Below, in pieces: positions 24,670-36,140 of a stretch of DNA of 64,000 nt (its first letter is position 1; each line of letters begins with the position of its first letter). Origin of the DNA: Stegostoma tigrinum. Lineage: Eukaryota. The translations under genes were made by a program, and so were the position numbers. The notes under the pieces are model-generated. The model worked only from the letters and a program-made list of their open reading frames with translations. It was not told where the DNA came from and made no database searches. The stretch spans positions 56,276,588 to 56,340,587 of the forward strand of contig NC_081364.1 in assembly GCF_030684315.1 (NCBI RefSeq). The letters run 5' to 3'.

Positions 24670-25268
24670 CAGTGCATTGATTATAGGAGTTGGGAAGCCT
24701 TGTTTTATGCTGTCCAAGGAATTGGTTAGGCCACTTTTGGAACATGGGTGTGCAGTTTTAGTTACCCTGCTATAGGAAGGAAGCTGTGAAACTTGAAAGA
24801 GTTCAGAAACGATTTACAAGGATGTTGCTAGTGTCACAGGGTTTGAGCTATAGGGAGAGCCTGAGTAGGCTAGGGCTTCTTTTCTGAAATCTTGGAGGCT
24901 GAGGGGTGACATTATAGAGGTTTATAAAATCATTAGGGGCATTGATAGGATGAATAGCCAAGGTCTTTCCCAAACTGACCCCCTGAAGAGCATCCCACCC
25001 AAACAAGAGGGCATAGGTTTAAGGTGAGAGGGGAAAGATTTAAAAGGAACCTAAGGGGCAGAAGGTGGTGCATGGAATGAGCTGTAGAAGAAGTGGTGAA
25101 AGCTGGTACAATTACAACATTTAAAAGGTATCTGGATGGGCACATGAATTAGAAGGATTTAAGAGGATATGGACCAGATGCTGGAAAATGGGGTTAGATT
25201 TATTTAGAATATCTGGTCAGCTTGGAACGAAGGGTCTATTTCCATGCTCTACATCCCTGTAACTCTAA
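24670..25268 (+). mobile_element. CR1 (HER1-like) 3' fragment
   Basis: LVRPLLE...YRKEAVKLERVQKRFTRML...LRGDIIEVYKII, then the 3'UTR. Confidence 0.88.
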
Positions 25269-28200
25269 TAGTTAATTTGCATTTGGTAGGTGCGTTTCCA
25301 ATTTTGACATTCACTCCCATAATATTGAGTACTCTTGGGCGTGGGTGAGAGGTCATAAAATCATAGAAGCCCTATCCCTATGACCAAAAAATCTGATTTC
25401 CTGCTTAAGGTTTCAACAACAAGATGAGATTCTCATTAGTGAGTGGAGAAGGGTCTACTTGTATGCTTTAATAACTCATTGTTACCTGATCGCGCCTCAT
25501 TTACATGCAATGAAATGTCCCCAGACAGCAGAGAGAAACTAGATAAAACCGGTTCCCGACACGAAGGTCAGAGCATGTACCTGCAGCTTGCTGGTGTCTT
25601 CTCCAGCCATCAATCTTGGCCAGGAATCTCCAACAGCACAGGACATACCCTGTATCCAATGGCCATCTGCATATTCTGTCAATAGAGGTTGGCATCAGAG
25701 CAGCAGCAGCCTCCCTCCATCATCATGGCGCATTTGGACTCACTCATAAATCGGTTCTGGGCTTGAGTGCTACACTTTGGCTTCACCAGCAATTCATATT
25801 GCCATGTTGCTGCCAGACTGCTTTATATGCAGGACAGGCATCCATCTCATGCATTGGTAAAAGATGCCTCCTGGGGCTATTGGCATGTTTTCTTAGCATT
25901 TACTTTGATTGCACCTACTTGAATGCACGCAACATCACTGCCTTGCCTTATCTTTTTTGCACTCTATTGCTTCATTCAGAACTTACAAGCTTATTTATAG
26001 TTCCGTTTTGCTTTGCCTTTTGATGCAGACAGAATGCCAGGCAGCTCGTACCAGCCTCACTGCCTCTTTATGGCACACTTCCAATCCACTTGCAATATGT
26101 TTCTGAACTTCCATCTTGCACTTTGTAGCACACCAGTATCTTTTGTTGCAATGCTGTTGACGGGACTCTTCACACATGTGAAACTACAGTGAGGTTAGGC
26201 CTGTACATTGATACTAAAACAAGGGTGTGGAACAGGCCTGGTAGCCTACAAAAACAAAGCTGGTTTAAAAACCCGTTTTTAACATTTTGTTTCAACGACT
26301 GTTTCCATAATCCTTTTGTCTAGACATACATGATGCAGCTAACAATAGATCAGAACCATTTTAGATCATTTCAAGTGCATGATTTACCTTCTCAACCACA
26401 CTGAGATCATACTCATCATGATTATTCTATTGCTTGACATGTTATTAAAATAGCGCTTTCATCAAAAGAACTTTCTTTTCCCACGTAAGTTGAATTATTT
26501 CTGGGGCATTCCCATATAATGTTTTCAGAATTAATAAAGGGATGGGATAAAGTTCAGTGAAATGTTTGTTCTATCAGCGTTGAACATAATTAATGTATGA
26601 TTACATAAAGAATACAAAGGCTAAAAGAGTGTGAAGTCTCCTGTCCACAGATATTGTTGGTGGTGTGGTTGGCTCGGGCAAAATAATGGATAAAAGATCA
26701 GTTCAGCTAATCTTTGTTATGACCTAATCGCACCTCATTTTTGTGCCTCTTGAGCTGTTTCCAGACAGTGGAGAGATACTAAATGGTACCAGTTCCCGAC
26801 ATGAATTGTGGTTGAGCTGACTTGTGTTCGGCAATGTTAGAGAAACTGGAGGAGACAGAGTCAAACGCCATGACTGTTTTATCCTCCAGTCCCAAAGGTA
26901 CCATACTGCAGGCTATAATGACTACAACAAGTGCCCCATAGCAAGCCAGACCAAAGGTTCTTCACAAGCATTTTCATATTCTCTGATCCAGCTAGACTTT
27001 GTTTTCGGCTGAGCCCCCACTTGAGTGGTGGGGAAGGGTTGGGGGTCGCAGGGTGGGGTAGTGGAAAAAGCCCGCTGATAACATACTTAGTTGTCATGCC
27101 ACTCTAGCCAACTTCATACATGACTAAGCTGAAATATCATGCTATTTCAGATAGATATTTTACTCAACTGCTCACAAATGAAAGAACACACCCAGCCCTG
27201 CCAGAAACATTGGCCATAGTGGAAAGACAAAGGACACCGGATGATGGGTTTTGATAGGCAGAAACATTAGACTTCAGGAACATCTGAAATGTTGAACCAA
27301 GCTAGCAGCACGCCTTCGGAATAACAAACTAGGTAAGTAACTCTCTATGTAGGTCATAACCCACAAATCAGTAATTTTCACCACCGTGTCCAATGGGTGT
27401 ATTCCTGCAATTTGTGATGGAATGTCCGGGCAACCTGAAAAAAAAAATCCTGCGGCATAAACTTCAAATTACCTTTGAGGTATATGGTTGCTGATGAATG
27501 GATGGTGACTTTTTGTTGACAGCCTGGGAATTTGATTAAAATGTTTCAATGTTTTAGATGAGGACTTATCTTTTGATGGCTTTCTTAAGTTGACATAATG
27601 GGTAATACTTTGGGCAGAATGAAAAATTACTAAGTGCAAACTTAATTTAATTGAGGATTTTCGTGGAGTTTTTCACTGCTTTGTTTTGCTGTTTGAAAAA
27701 CATTTTCAAGAAGGAAACTTGGGAGCCCTTTCGGCTACACGTCCATTTTGCTAATGGCAAAAGTATCAATTAGAGACCTGATTGGAACAATTGGAAATAT
27801 GGTTGGCTTATTTTTGCAAGTACATCTCCAAGGTAAACTCTTTCCTTACTATCAGTTCATTTCTACTCACCCTTTGTGGGCTATGACAGCAGGGATACAA
27901 CTCAGGCATTCAGTGTATCACCTGAATATTGCTGCTCATTCATCAGCTTGTCAGATGACAAAATTACAAGCCTCATCTGACAAAAGGAAACTGCCGCAAA
28001 TACATCACACTGTGGATTGATTTCTTTTGCGGTATTGCTTCTATTCCTCCTCTTCAAAGTGCAAGCATTTCTTGTTTGGATTGAAACTCATTTGCATGAC
28101 TGATAATCATTTTGGATGACAGTTTCATCGTTTTTTACACTTCTATACTTGGACAACTCCGACTTTTTGAGATCTGCAGGCACTTAATTTACATTAAGAG

Positions 28201-29107
28201 CTGTTAACTCTGATTTCTCTCCACAGACACTGCCAGAACTCCTGAGCTCTTCCTGCAATTGTATTTTTGAGCTTAATTTACGTGTCTCATGCTCCCGCAG
28301 TTTCCAGAGTGCCTGGCTGATAATGATGGTGCATGCATCATGGATCATGCTTAATCAAATCACAAGTTGTTTAGATCTCTAAACCTATTAGATCTAGTCA
28401 CAGATCCTACTGATCATTTCCACAAGGTTACCACATGGATTTTGAATGCTTGGGTATCTTGACTGTGAAGTAACAGGAAGTAATCAAAGGGAATTGCAAT
28501 GTTAAAACAAGATAATTGAAAGCTTTTGAAGACAAATATTCGCTGTTTCTGACATCTTATAAACTTGTTTCAAATTACACCTTTTAATATCAAGCAATGT
28601 TATTGATCATTTTTAGTGCATTTGAATGAAAAATGATGACAACATTTTATGGTATGGGAGGTTTTTTGGAGCATTTGTAAACATTTCCCAATTTGCTAGA
28701 CTAAGGGAACAGAGAATTCCTTGTGCCACTGTACAGACTGGGAACTGGAAATACTGGGTGGTAAATAAGCAGCATAATAGTCAATATTGCTGTTAAACTT
28801 TGCCTTACTGTTCAATATGCTGTCCTTTAAATAAATGTTAAGTTTATCATATCTTGCTCTGTGTTAACTGCTAGTGTAATAAAGTTTTCTACCCATCTGT
28901 ATGTAAAGAAGTTTTCCTGACAGGAGCTAACCAGATATTTTGCTCCCAATTCAGCTCAGTAATGTGTATCTACTCAAGTGGAGATAGTTATCCAACACGG
29001 ACTTTCACACAACTCATAAAAAATGTAAGTAGCTATTAAGTTCTATGCAATAAACCCATTCAAGATTGTTAATCTGCCTTCTTCCAAAGGTATCTGGTGG
29101 AGATCCA

Positions 29108-29126
29108 TCACCACTAGGTGTCAGTA
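29108..29126 (+). promoter_or_regulatory. Candidate CTCF-binding site
   Basis: CACCACTAGGTGTCAGTA matches the CTCF core CCASYAGRKGGCRS with one mismatch, in TE-free sequence. Confidence 0.5.
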
Positions 29127-30065
29127 AACTAAACCAATGTCAAGAAAAGGATTGGTGACTGTAAATATATCCAAGATATTTCACTTGATTCGAGTAGATG
29201 TAATGACAACAGATTTAATGCACATTAAGCCAATATCCGAACATATGTCATGCTGAGAGCGGTGTGGATTTTGCCAAACATGTAACATATCAGATTGTAT
29301 GTTATTTTTATTTTATTACTATGTAAATAGGGGCAATATCAGCATTTTCTTCCTAAAATATAATCCTGCAGTTTATATATAATAAATTGCGTGCTGAATT
29401 TGTTCCAGTACCAAAATAAATTATTTTGAGTTATTAGCAAAGACCACAGGAAATCTTATATTGTCACCTGGTGATCATCTGGTAGCATTTTGTATGTCAT
29501 CTCTGGTCAAAGAGCAGGGCCTTTAAAGTTCAGCATGAGCCAAACTCGTGCAAGCAACAATTATTGTTTGGCTGGATTGATCATCACATCAGAGGTTACA
29601 GATTTTCCCTTTTAACAGTAATCTGCAGTCTCTGCTATCGAGCCCTGATTACCCAGGTTATGTTTAAAGTGAAGCTGATCAAGACAGGACTAACTGAATT
29701 CTAGGGGGACTGCCGTGATGTTCCTCTCACCTTCATATTCAAATAAGCATATTTTTTTGAATAGATGTTCTTTTTGATTGTGGCTTGTAACTACTGCAAG
29801 CCATTGGTTAATTTGGAAGAGGGCACTGCATGATCTGCATAGAGGACCATCTAATTTGGAATCCCCAACATGGGATTCAAACAGACATGTCTCAGATGTA
29901 AGATTTGGTTGCCTTTTCTTATGTTGTTAATGCCCATATGGTGGGTCATGCACTTCCAGTTGGTGATGAATGTTTGCTTTCTTTCTGATTAACACAACAC
30001 AACCTGTATGACATTAAAGTACTTATGAACCAAAATATGACACCAACTCTCAAAGGGCTTGGTAT

Positions 30066-30336
30066 TAGATTTCCTACAGTGTGGAAACAGGCCCTTCGGC
30101 TCAACAAGTCCATACCACCCCTTGGAGCATCCCACCCAGACCCATCCCCCATAACCCACACACCTCCTGAACGGGCAATTTAGCACCCAGCCTGCACATT
30201 TTTGGACTGTGGGAGGAGACCCACACAGACACGGGGAGAATGTGCAAACTCCGCACAGACAGTGGCCCAAGGCTGGAATCAGACCCGGGTCCCTGGTGCT
30301 GTGAGGCTGCAGTGCTAACCACTGAGCCACCGTGCC
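30066..30336 (-). mobile_element. HE1/V-SINE-type tRNA-derived SINE
   Basis: Minus strand GGCACGGTGGCTCAGTGGTTAGCACTGCAGCCTCACAGCACCAGGGACCCGGG (A box, B-box region), and tail CACACTGTAGGAAATCTAAT. Confidence 0.92.
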
Positions 30337-31879
30337 ATCACTTCGCTTGGGTCACTTCATCAAAAGCTTTGTACAAGAAGTAAGTTTTAAAGTGTGATTT
30401 AAATGAGAGTAGAATTAGAAAGTAGGGAATGTGGGGAGGAAAGTCAAGCGCTTGGGACTGTGCCTATTAAAAGTGCCTGTAAATGGGTTCAGTGCACAAC
30501 ATTACTAAACCGTGGAATTCAATTTAATAGACCAATACAATAGATAATGTGCCTTTTGCTTAAAAAAAGACAATTATGCGACACTTCACTCATTCTAACT
30601 TATACATGGAAAAAATGGATTTATGGATTGTGTGCTATCAGCACCTGCTACTAAAGAAGAAGGAAAACATTTTAAATGGGAAATCTGATACAGGATCTTA
30701 TTTTAAAAAATTGCAGTTATGAAGCAGGCAATGGAATCGCTGTAAGTGCAGTCAGGCTAGGAGGAGAGCAGAATATTTCTTGTCTGAAGCCAGTTGGCAC
30801 ACAATCTCCCACTGCTGCCAGCAAAGCTAATTTTACTCAAGATGGAACAGGAAATATAACACAGTAATGATGTGAGACTATAAAATATCAATTGCATGAA
30901 GATACTTGAGGCTTGATTACTGGGACCAGTTTAACACCTGGACATACTGTATCCTTTCCCAATGTTGATAATACTCCAGTAATGTTCTTCCTTCAGCACT
31001 TCATTAATGTTTAGTAACGGAAAGAGTGCATGTAAAAAACCAGGTAATTAACTTGTAACAACATGCTCGCAGTGATTGTACATTCTTTGATTCAATGTCA
31101 ATGATGGGTAGTCTAATGATGCCACTATTCAATACTACCCAGCGAAAATAAGGGTTACGTTCAATCAGTGCTGAACTGTGAAGCAAGTTACTAAAGCTAT
31201 CATTGCAGCTCACCTATTGTCTATTATAGTAAATCAACAAATATAGAAATCTATTGCAAAGCAGGAATTCAAAGGGTCTAATGGGATTCTTTCATGACAA
31301 TCTCGGTTTGAAAATCTATGCTTCAAGTATTTACGTACTTAGTTAAAGCATCTGTATTTTCTTCACCGAATTTGGCCCTTAACACCGCTTGCAGTTAGGC
31401 TATGGGTGTTGAGGCCATGCTGGGAGACCTGTCTTGGGTTGAGTCCATATAGCACTCACTTGCTTGTTTAGTTTTTGTCAGCCTTCCTAACATGAAGTGT
31501 ATGGTCCATATCAGTGCCTCATCAATTGATGACTAGGTCTGGCATGCAGAGGCTATGAAGTTGAAAAATCTGAAAATGCAGCATATTAGTTCTGGATTGG
31601 GAGTGCTAGGAAATTTATGTAAAATAATCTTTGGGTAGATTGTTAATCTTTTGTCAATCTGGGATACAAAACCAGACTGAAGCAAGCACAGGATTGAATG
31701 ATGAAGGCTCAATCAGAAATTTCAACTTCATCTTCTTCTCAAAACTCGCTTTCGACTTAATTGTCAATGTTTTCCAAATCCAAACAAAGAATGAACGAAA
31801 TAACATTGAGCCTATTAGCAGAAAAAGACTGATTTTGGATTATGTCTCAGTGTAACTGACAGTTTAAAAATAACCTGAG

Positions 31880-34030
31880 CTTATCATAGAAAGTGGGACC
31901 AAGAATAGGACATTTGGCCCTTCAAGCCTGCTCCACTGTTCAATGTGATCCTGGCTAATCCTCTGTCTCAGTACGATGACCTGCTTTCTACCCATACACT
32001 TGATGCCTTTAAAATCTTAAAATAAAGCTATTGCCCCCCACAGTGGTCGAGAACGCCCTTGACCGCATCTCCCACATTTCCTGCAACACATCCCTCACAC
32101 CCCGCCCCCGCCACAAATGCCCAAAGAGGATCCCCCTCGTTCTCACACACCACCCCACCAACCTCCGGATACAACGCATCATCCTCCGACACTTCCGCCA
32201 TCTACAATCCGACCCCACCACCCAAGACATTTTTCCATCCCCACCCCTGTCTGCTTTCCAGAGAGACCACTCTTTCCGTGACTCCCTTGTTCGCTCCACA
32301 CTGCCCTCCAACCCCACCTCACCCGGCACCTTCCCCTGCAACCGCAGGAAATGCTACACTTGCCTCCTCCCTCACCCCTATCCCAGACCCCAAGATGACA
32401 TTCCACATTAAGCAGAGGTTCACCTGCACATCTACAATGTGTTATACTGCATCCACTGTACCCGGTGTGGCTTCCTCTACTTTGGGGAAACGGCTTGGGG
32501 ACTGCTTTGCAGAACACCTCCGCTCGGTTCGCAATAAACAACTGCACCTCCCAGTCGCAAACCATTTCCACTCCCCCTCCCATTCTTTAGATGACATGTC
32601 CATCATGGGCCTCCTGCAGTGCCACAATGATGCCACCCGAAGGTTGCAGGAACAGCAACTCATATTCCGCTTGGGAGCCCTGCAGCCCAATGGTATCAAT
32701 GTGGACTTCACCAGCTTCAAAATCTCCCCTTCCCGCACCGCATCCCTAAACCAGCCCAGTTTGTCCCCTCACCCCACTGCACCACACAACCAGCCCAGCT
32801 CTTCCCCTCCACCCACTGCATCCCAAAACCAGTCCAACCTGTCTCCGCCTCGCTAACCTGTTCTTCCTCTCACCCATCCCTTTCTCCCACCCCAAGCCGC
32901 ACCTCCATCTCCTACCTACCAACCTCATCCCACGTCCTTGACCTGTCCGGCTTCCCTGGACTGACCTATCCCCTCCCTACCTCCCCACCTATACTCTCCT
33001 CTCCACCTATCTTCTTTTCTCTCCATCTTCGGTCCGCCTCCACCTCTCTCCCTATTTGTTCCAGAACCCTCACCCCATCCCCCTCTCTGATGAAGGGTCT
33101 AGGCCCAAAACGTTAGCTTTTGTGCTCCTGAGATGCTGCTGGGCCTGCTGTGTTCATCCAGCCTCACATTTTATTATCTCTGTCTCTTGAATATGTTCAG
33201 TAACTCAGCCTCCTTTGCATTCTGCGGTAGAGAATTCCACAGGTTCAGTGCCCTTCCAGTGAAGACATTATTTTTTCATCTCGATCCCAGATGGTCTATC
33301 CCAAATCCTGAGACTGTGGCTCCTGGTTCTAGAAGCCTCAACCCCAACCCCCGACCTCACACATTCCAACTACCAATAAAGGCAAACATTTAGTCTATCC
33401 GGAATTGTATACATTTTAATGAGCTGCCCTCTCATTCTTCTAAACTCCAGTGAATACAAGTCTAATTGAACCAAGCTCTCTTTAAAGGACAATTTTGCCA
33501 ATCCCACTGTTAGCCTAGTTAACCTCTGCTGCACTCCCTCTATTGGCAAGTACATCCTTTCTTAGGTATGGAGACCAAAATTTCACTCAGCCCTCCAAGT
33601 ATGGTCCTTCCAAAGTCCTGTATAACTTTAGTAAGACATCGCTACTTCTGAACACAAATCCTCTTGCAATGAAACCCAATATATCATTTGTCTTCCTCAT
33701 TCCTTGCTGCACCTGCTTGTTTGTTTTCCTTTATTAGTATACAAGGACACCCAGATTCCTTTGTATTTCCACATTTCTCAAAATATCAACATTTAAATAA
33801 TGCACTTGTTTTGTGTTTCTCACACCAAAGTACACAACTTTATATTTAACAATGTACTGCATCAATCATGTGTTTGCTCACTCACTCAACTTATCTAAAT
33901 CACCTTGAAGCCTCCTTAAATCTTCCTCACAATTCACATTCTGCAAAGTTTTGTCGTCTCAGCAAACTGGGAAATGTTGCATTTTGGTTCACTTAACCAG
34001 GTCATTTATAAATGTTGTGAAAGCTGGGGA
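31880..34030 (-). mobile_element. CR1 3' fragment split by a Penelope insertion (CR1 parts about 31880-32030 and 33179-34030)
   Basis: Minus ORF 33370-33555 contains IEGVQQRLTRL...LYSLEFRRMRGQLI. The 3'UTR continues on the far side of the Penelope copy. Confidence 0.85.
32031..33178 (+). mobile_element. 5'-truncated Penelope-like retroelement (Neptune-type): RT C-terminus, Cys linker, GIY-YIG endonuclease (frameshifted), 3'UTR/pseudo-LTR
   Basis: KRIPLVLTHHP...FPSPPLSAFQRDHSFRDSLVRS, Cys linker CNRRKCYTC, RLGDCFAEHLRSV...VANHF...RRLQEQQLIFRLGALQPNGIN. About 39-bp tandem units at 32749-32850. Decayed hammerhead at 33085-33116. Confidence 0.92.
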
Positions 34031-34339
34031 TCTCTGCAGATCAGTCTTCCTCACTGAAAAACAAGGTCTAAAACAAAATTAGAGCTGTTAATAAAGGTAT
34101 AGAGAATGACAAAACACAGTAGATACATTACTTCTTTAGAGTGAAAAGGCACATTTGAATGTGTAGCCTTCAGCTCTTTAATTCCCCATATCCACATTCT
34201 TTTAACTTCAACCATATATTAAATGTAGTACTTGCCTGAACAGGTCTCCCCAGATCCCACTTAGTGATCAACCCTTAGCATGGATATCCAGGTACTGCAA
34301 TTAAGAACTCATTGTAAGCTGTGGGGAGGAGGCAGGGAA

Positions 34340-35640
34340 TCTGTCCTCAACTTCATTACATTGCTTGATTGCACCCTGCTCTTCGTTCATCATGTAACCT
34401 TTATCCACAATCTTTTATCTCTAGACTTGACTATTGCAATGTTCTGCTGGACACAGCCTCCAAACTTTCATACTCCATGAACTTGAAAATATCTTGAACA
34501 TGACTGACTCTATCCTACTCTTCAGAAGGTCCTGTTGACCCAATACTTCACAGACCCTCACGTGCTCCAGTTTAACATTTAAATTTTCATCTTTCTTTTC
34601 AAATCCCTTCCTCACCTTTCCCCCATTCCCATGATCTCCAGCAGCCTAGCAGTGCTCTGAGATATCTACTGTACTCCAGCCCTAATCTCTAGAACATTCC
34701 TTAATTTATTTGATCCATTGTTAATAAACATGCCTTCAGCTGCCCAGACATTGCGATCTAAAATGTTACATCTCTACATTGCTTTCACCTTTGATGTGCT
34801 GCTTATAACTGAAGTCTTCAAACAAGCTTTTGGTCATCTTGTTAGGTCAATTTTCGGAGACCCTCACGGACTTGATGCAATAACAAGACACTGACCTGTT
34901 TAGAAAAACACAAATCTTTTATTACAAAGCAAGTACAAGCCGTGAAGGATCGCTGTACTCAACCCGGCACAGAGTCTTGTAAGCGATTCTGCCCGAGCTG
35001 CGGACAGTCCTCGCTTTTTATATCTTATCGAGTGCTTAATACATAAAGCAATTTTACATCTCACAATGGTATGTTACATGAAACAATCACTACATTGGAC
35101 AATGACATGATACAAAAACAATTACTACATCGAAAACATAAGGAGAGCAGGATACAGTATCGATCATTCGCGAAATGACTGCTAACGACAGGAGGCGATT
35201 TCAAGTTGCTGAAGTGACAGAATGTAATTTCAAGCCGCCGAAGTGTCTGGCTTGAACAGAAGTCAGTGCCCTGGCCCCTTTGTCAGAAACAGAAGTTACT
35301 TACTTTACAGGATTTCAGAAGTCTCACACCTTTACAAACACTTCCCACGTAATCTTATTTGAGACAGTTTCACATACCCCTGTGCAGGAAGATAAGGATT
35401 TACAAAGTTAATACCTAATTCTAGTTGGGCAGGAAGTATTAAGGCAATGTCTGCATACCTCTGTGTAAGCAGATAAAGAGTGTTAAATTATAGAGAATGT
35501 AGACATCAATGGGATGTTATCCCAATAACATCTCAATCTGACCTAACATAGAGTTTTGAGGCTGCCTGTCAAAATTTGTTTGATGACACTTCTGTGAAGC
35601 ATCCTGGGATTTTTTAAATAGAAAATTTGCTATATTTGTA
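34340..35640 (+). mobile_element. L2 LINE 3' fragment interrupted by an LTR at 34840-35535
   Basis: TCTAGACTTGACTATTGCAAT encodes SRLDYCN, an L2 RT C-terminal motif. The 3'UTR AAGCTTTTGGTCATCT resumes as ATCTGACCTAAC...TGTGAAGCATCCTGGG after the insert. Confidence 0.75.
34840..35535 (-). mobile_element. Solo LTR, endogenous-retrovirus-like
   Basis: TG...CA termini and 4-bp TSD ATCT (34836-34839, 35536-35539). On the minus strand a TATAAAAA box (about 35014-35021) lies about 100 nt upstream of AATAAA (about 34918-34923). CpG-rich relative to the flanks. Confidence 0.8.
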
Positions 35641-36140
35641 TTTGCACGCACCACTGAAAACATAATGTCCAGGTGCATAATGGCCTGGTATGGCAAGTGC
35701 TTTACCCTGGACCATAAGAAACTACAGAAGGTGGTGTGCATAGCCCAGAACATCATGGTTGTCAACCTTCCATTCATGGACTCTATTTACATTGCTTGCT
35801 GTCACAGAAATGCTGCCAACATCATCAAAGTCCCATTGTACCCGGTAATGACCCACAATTTCTTTCACAGGCAGAAGGTGCAGAAGCCTGAACACACACA
35901 TGAGCGGGTTGAGGAACAGCTTCTTTGTGACCATTATCCGGCTGTTGAATGGACTCTGCTGCCTCAAATAACGCCAATTTTGCTAATGTTAATCTTGCCA
36001 AGCACTTACTGTGTGCAATGAAGCCTTTGTGCCTCTAAGTCATTTTGATCTGTACATCCTTTGCTTACTATAATCCACCTGTATCACTCATAAACAAAGC
36101 TTTTCACGATATTTTTGTACACATGACAATAAATCAATCA
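35640..36140 (+). mobile_element. Rex1/Babar-clade LINE 3' fragment
   Basis: CIMAWYGKCFTLDHKKLQKVVCIAQNI...LPFMDSIY. Ends AATAAATCAATCAAT. Same family as 8960-9680. Confidence 0.8.

Noticed and set aside
30066-30336. tRNA gene
   Set aside because: The A and B boxes belong to an HE1-type SINE head. There is no cloverleaf, and four related copies occur in the window.
30717-30741. Micro-exon TTATGAAGCAGGCAATGGAATCGCT before GTAAGT
   Set aside because: The acceptor lacks a pyrimidine tract, 25 nt is not frame-preserving, and the peptide is not recognised.
31105-31141. Hairpin TGGGTAGT...ACTACCCA with TGATG words, as a C/D snoRNA
   Set aside because: No properly placed RUGAUGA and CUGA boxes inside the stem, and too short.
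32749-32850. CRISPR-like or functional array of about 39-bp repeats
   Set aside because: Only about 2.5 diverged tandem units with no unique spacers, lying inside the Penelope 3' region of a vertebrate genome.
32059-32856. Longest ORF (265 aa) as a host gene
   Set aside because: Its C-terminal half is the Penelope GIY-YIG domain, reached through frameshifts. The N-terminal half is an out-of-frame reading of the element.
34840-35549. TIR DNA transposon with TGTTAGGTCA...TGACCTAACA ends
   Set aside because: No TSD at those ends. The right-hand 10-mer is better explained as the resumed L2 sequence after the ATCT TSD, and the LTR model (TG...CA, TATA box, poly(A) signal) fits.
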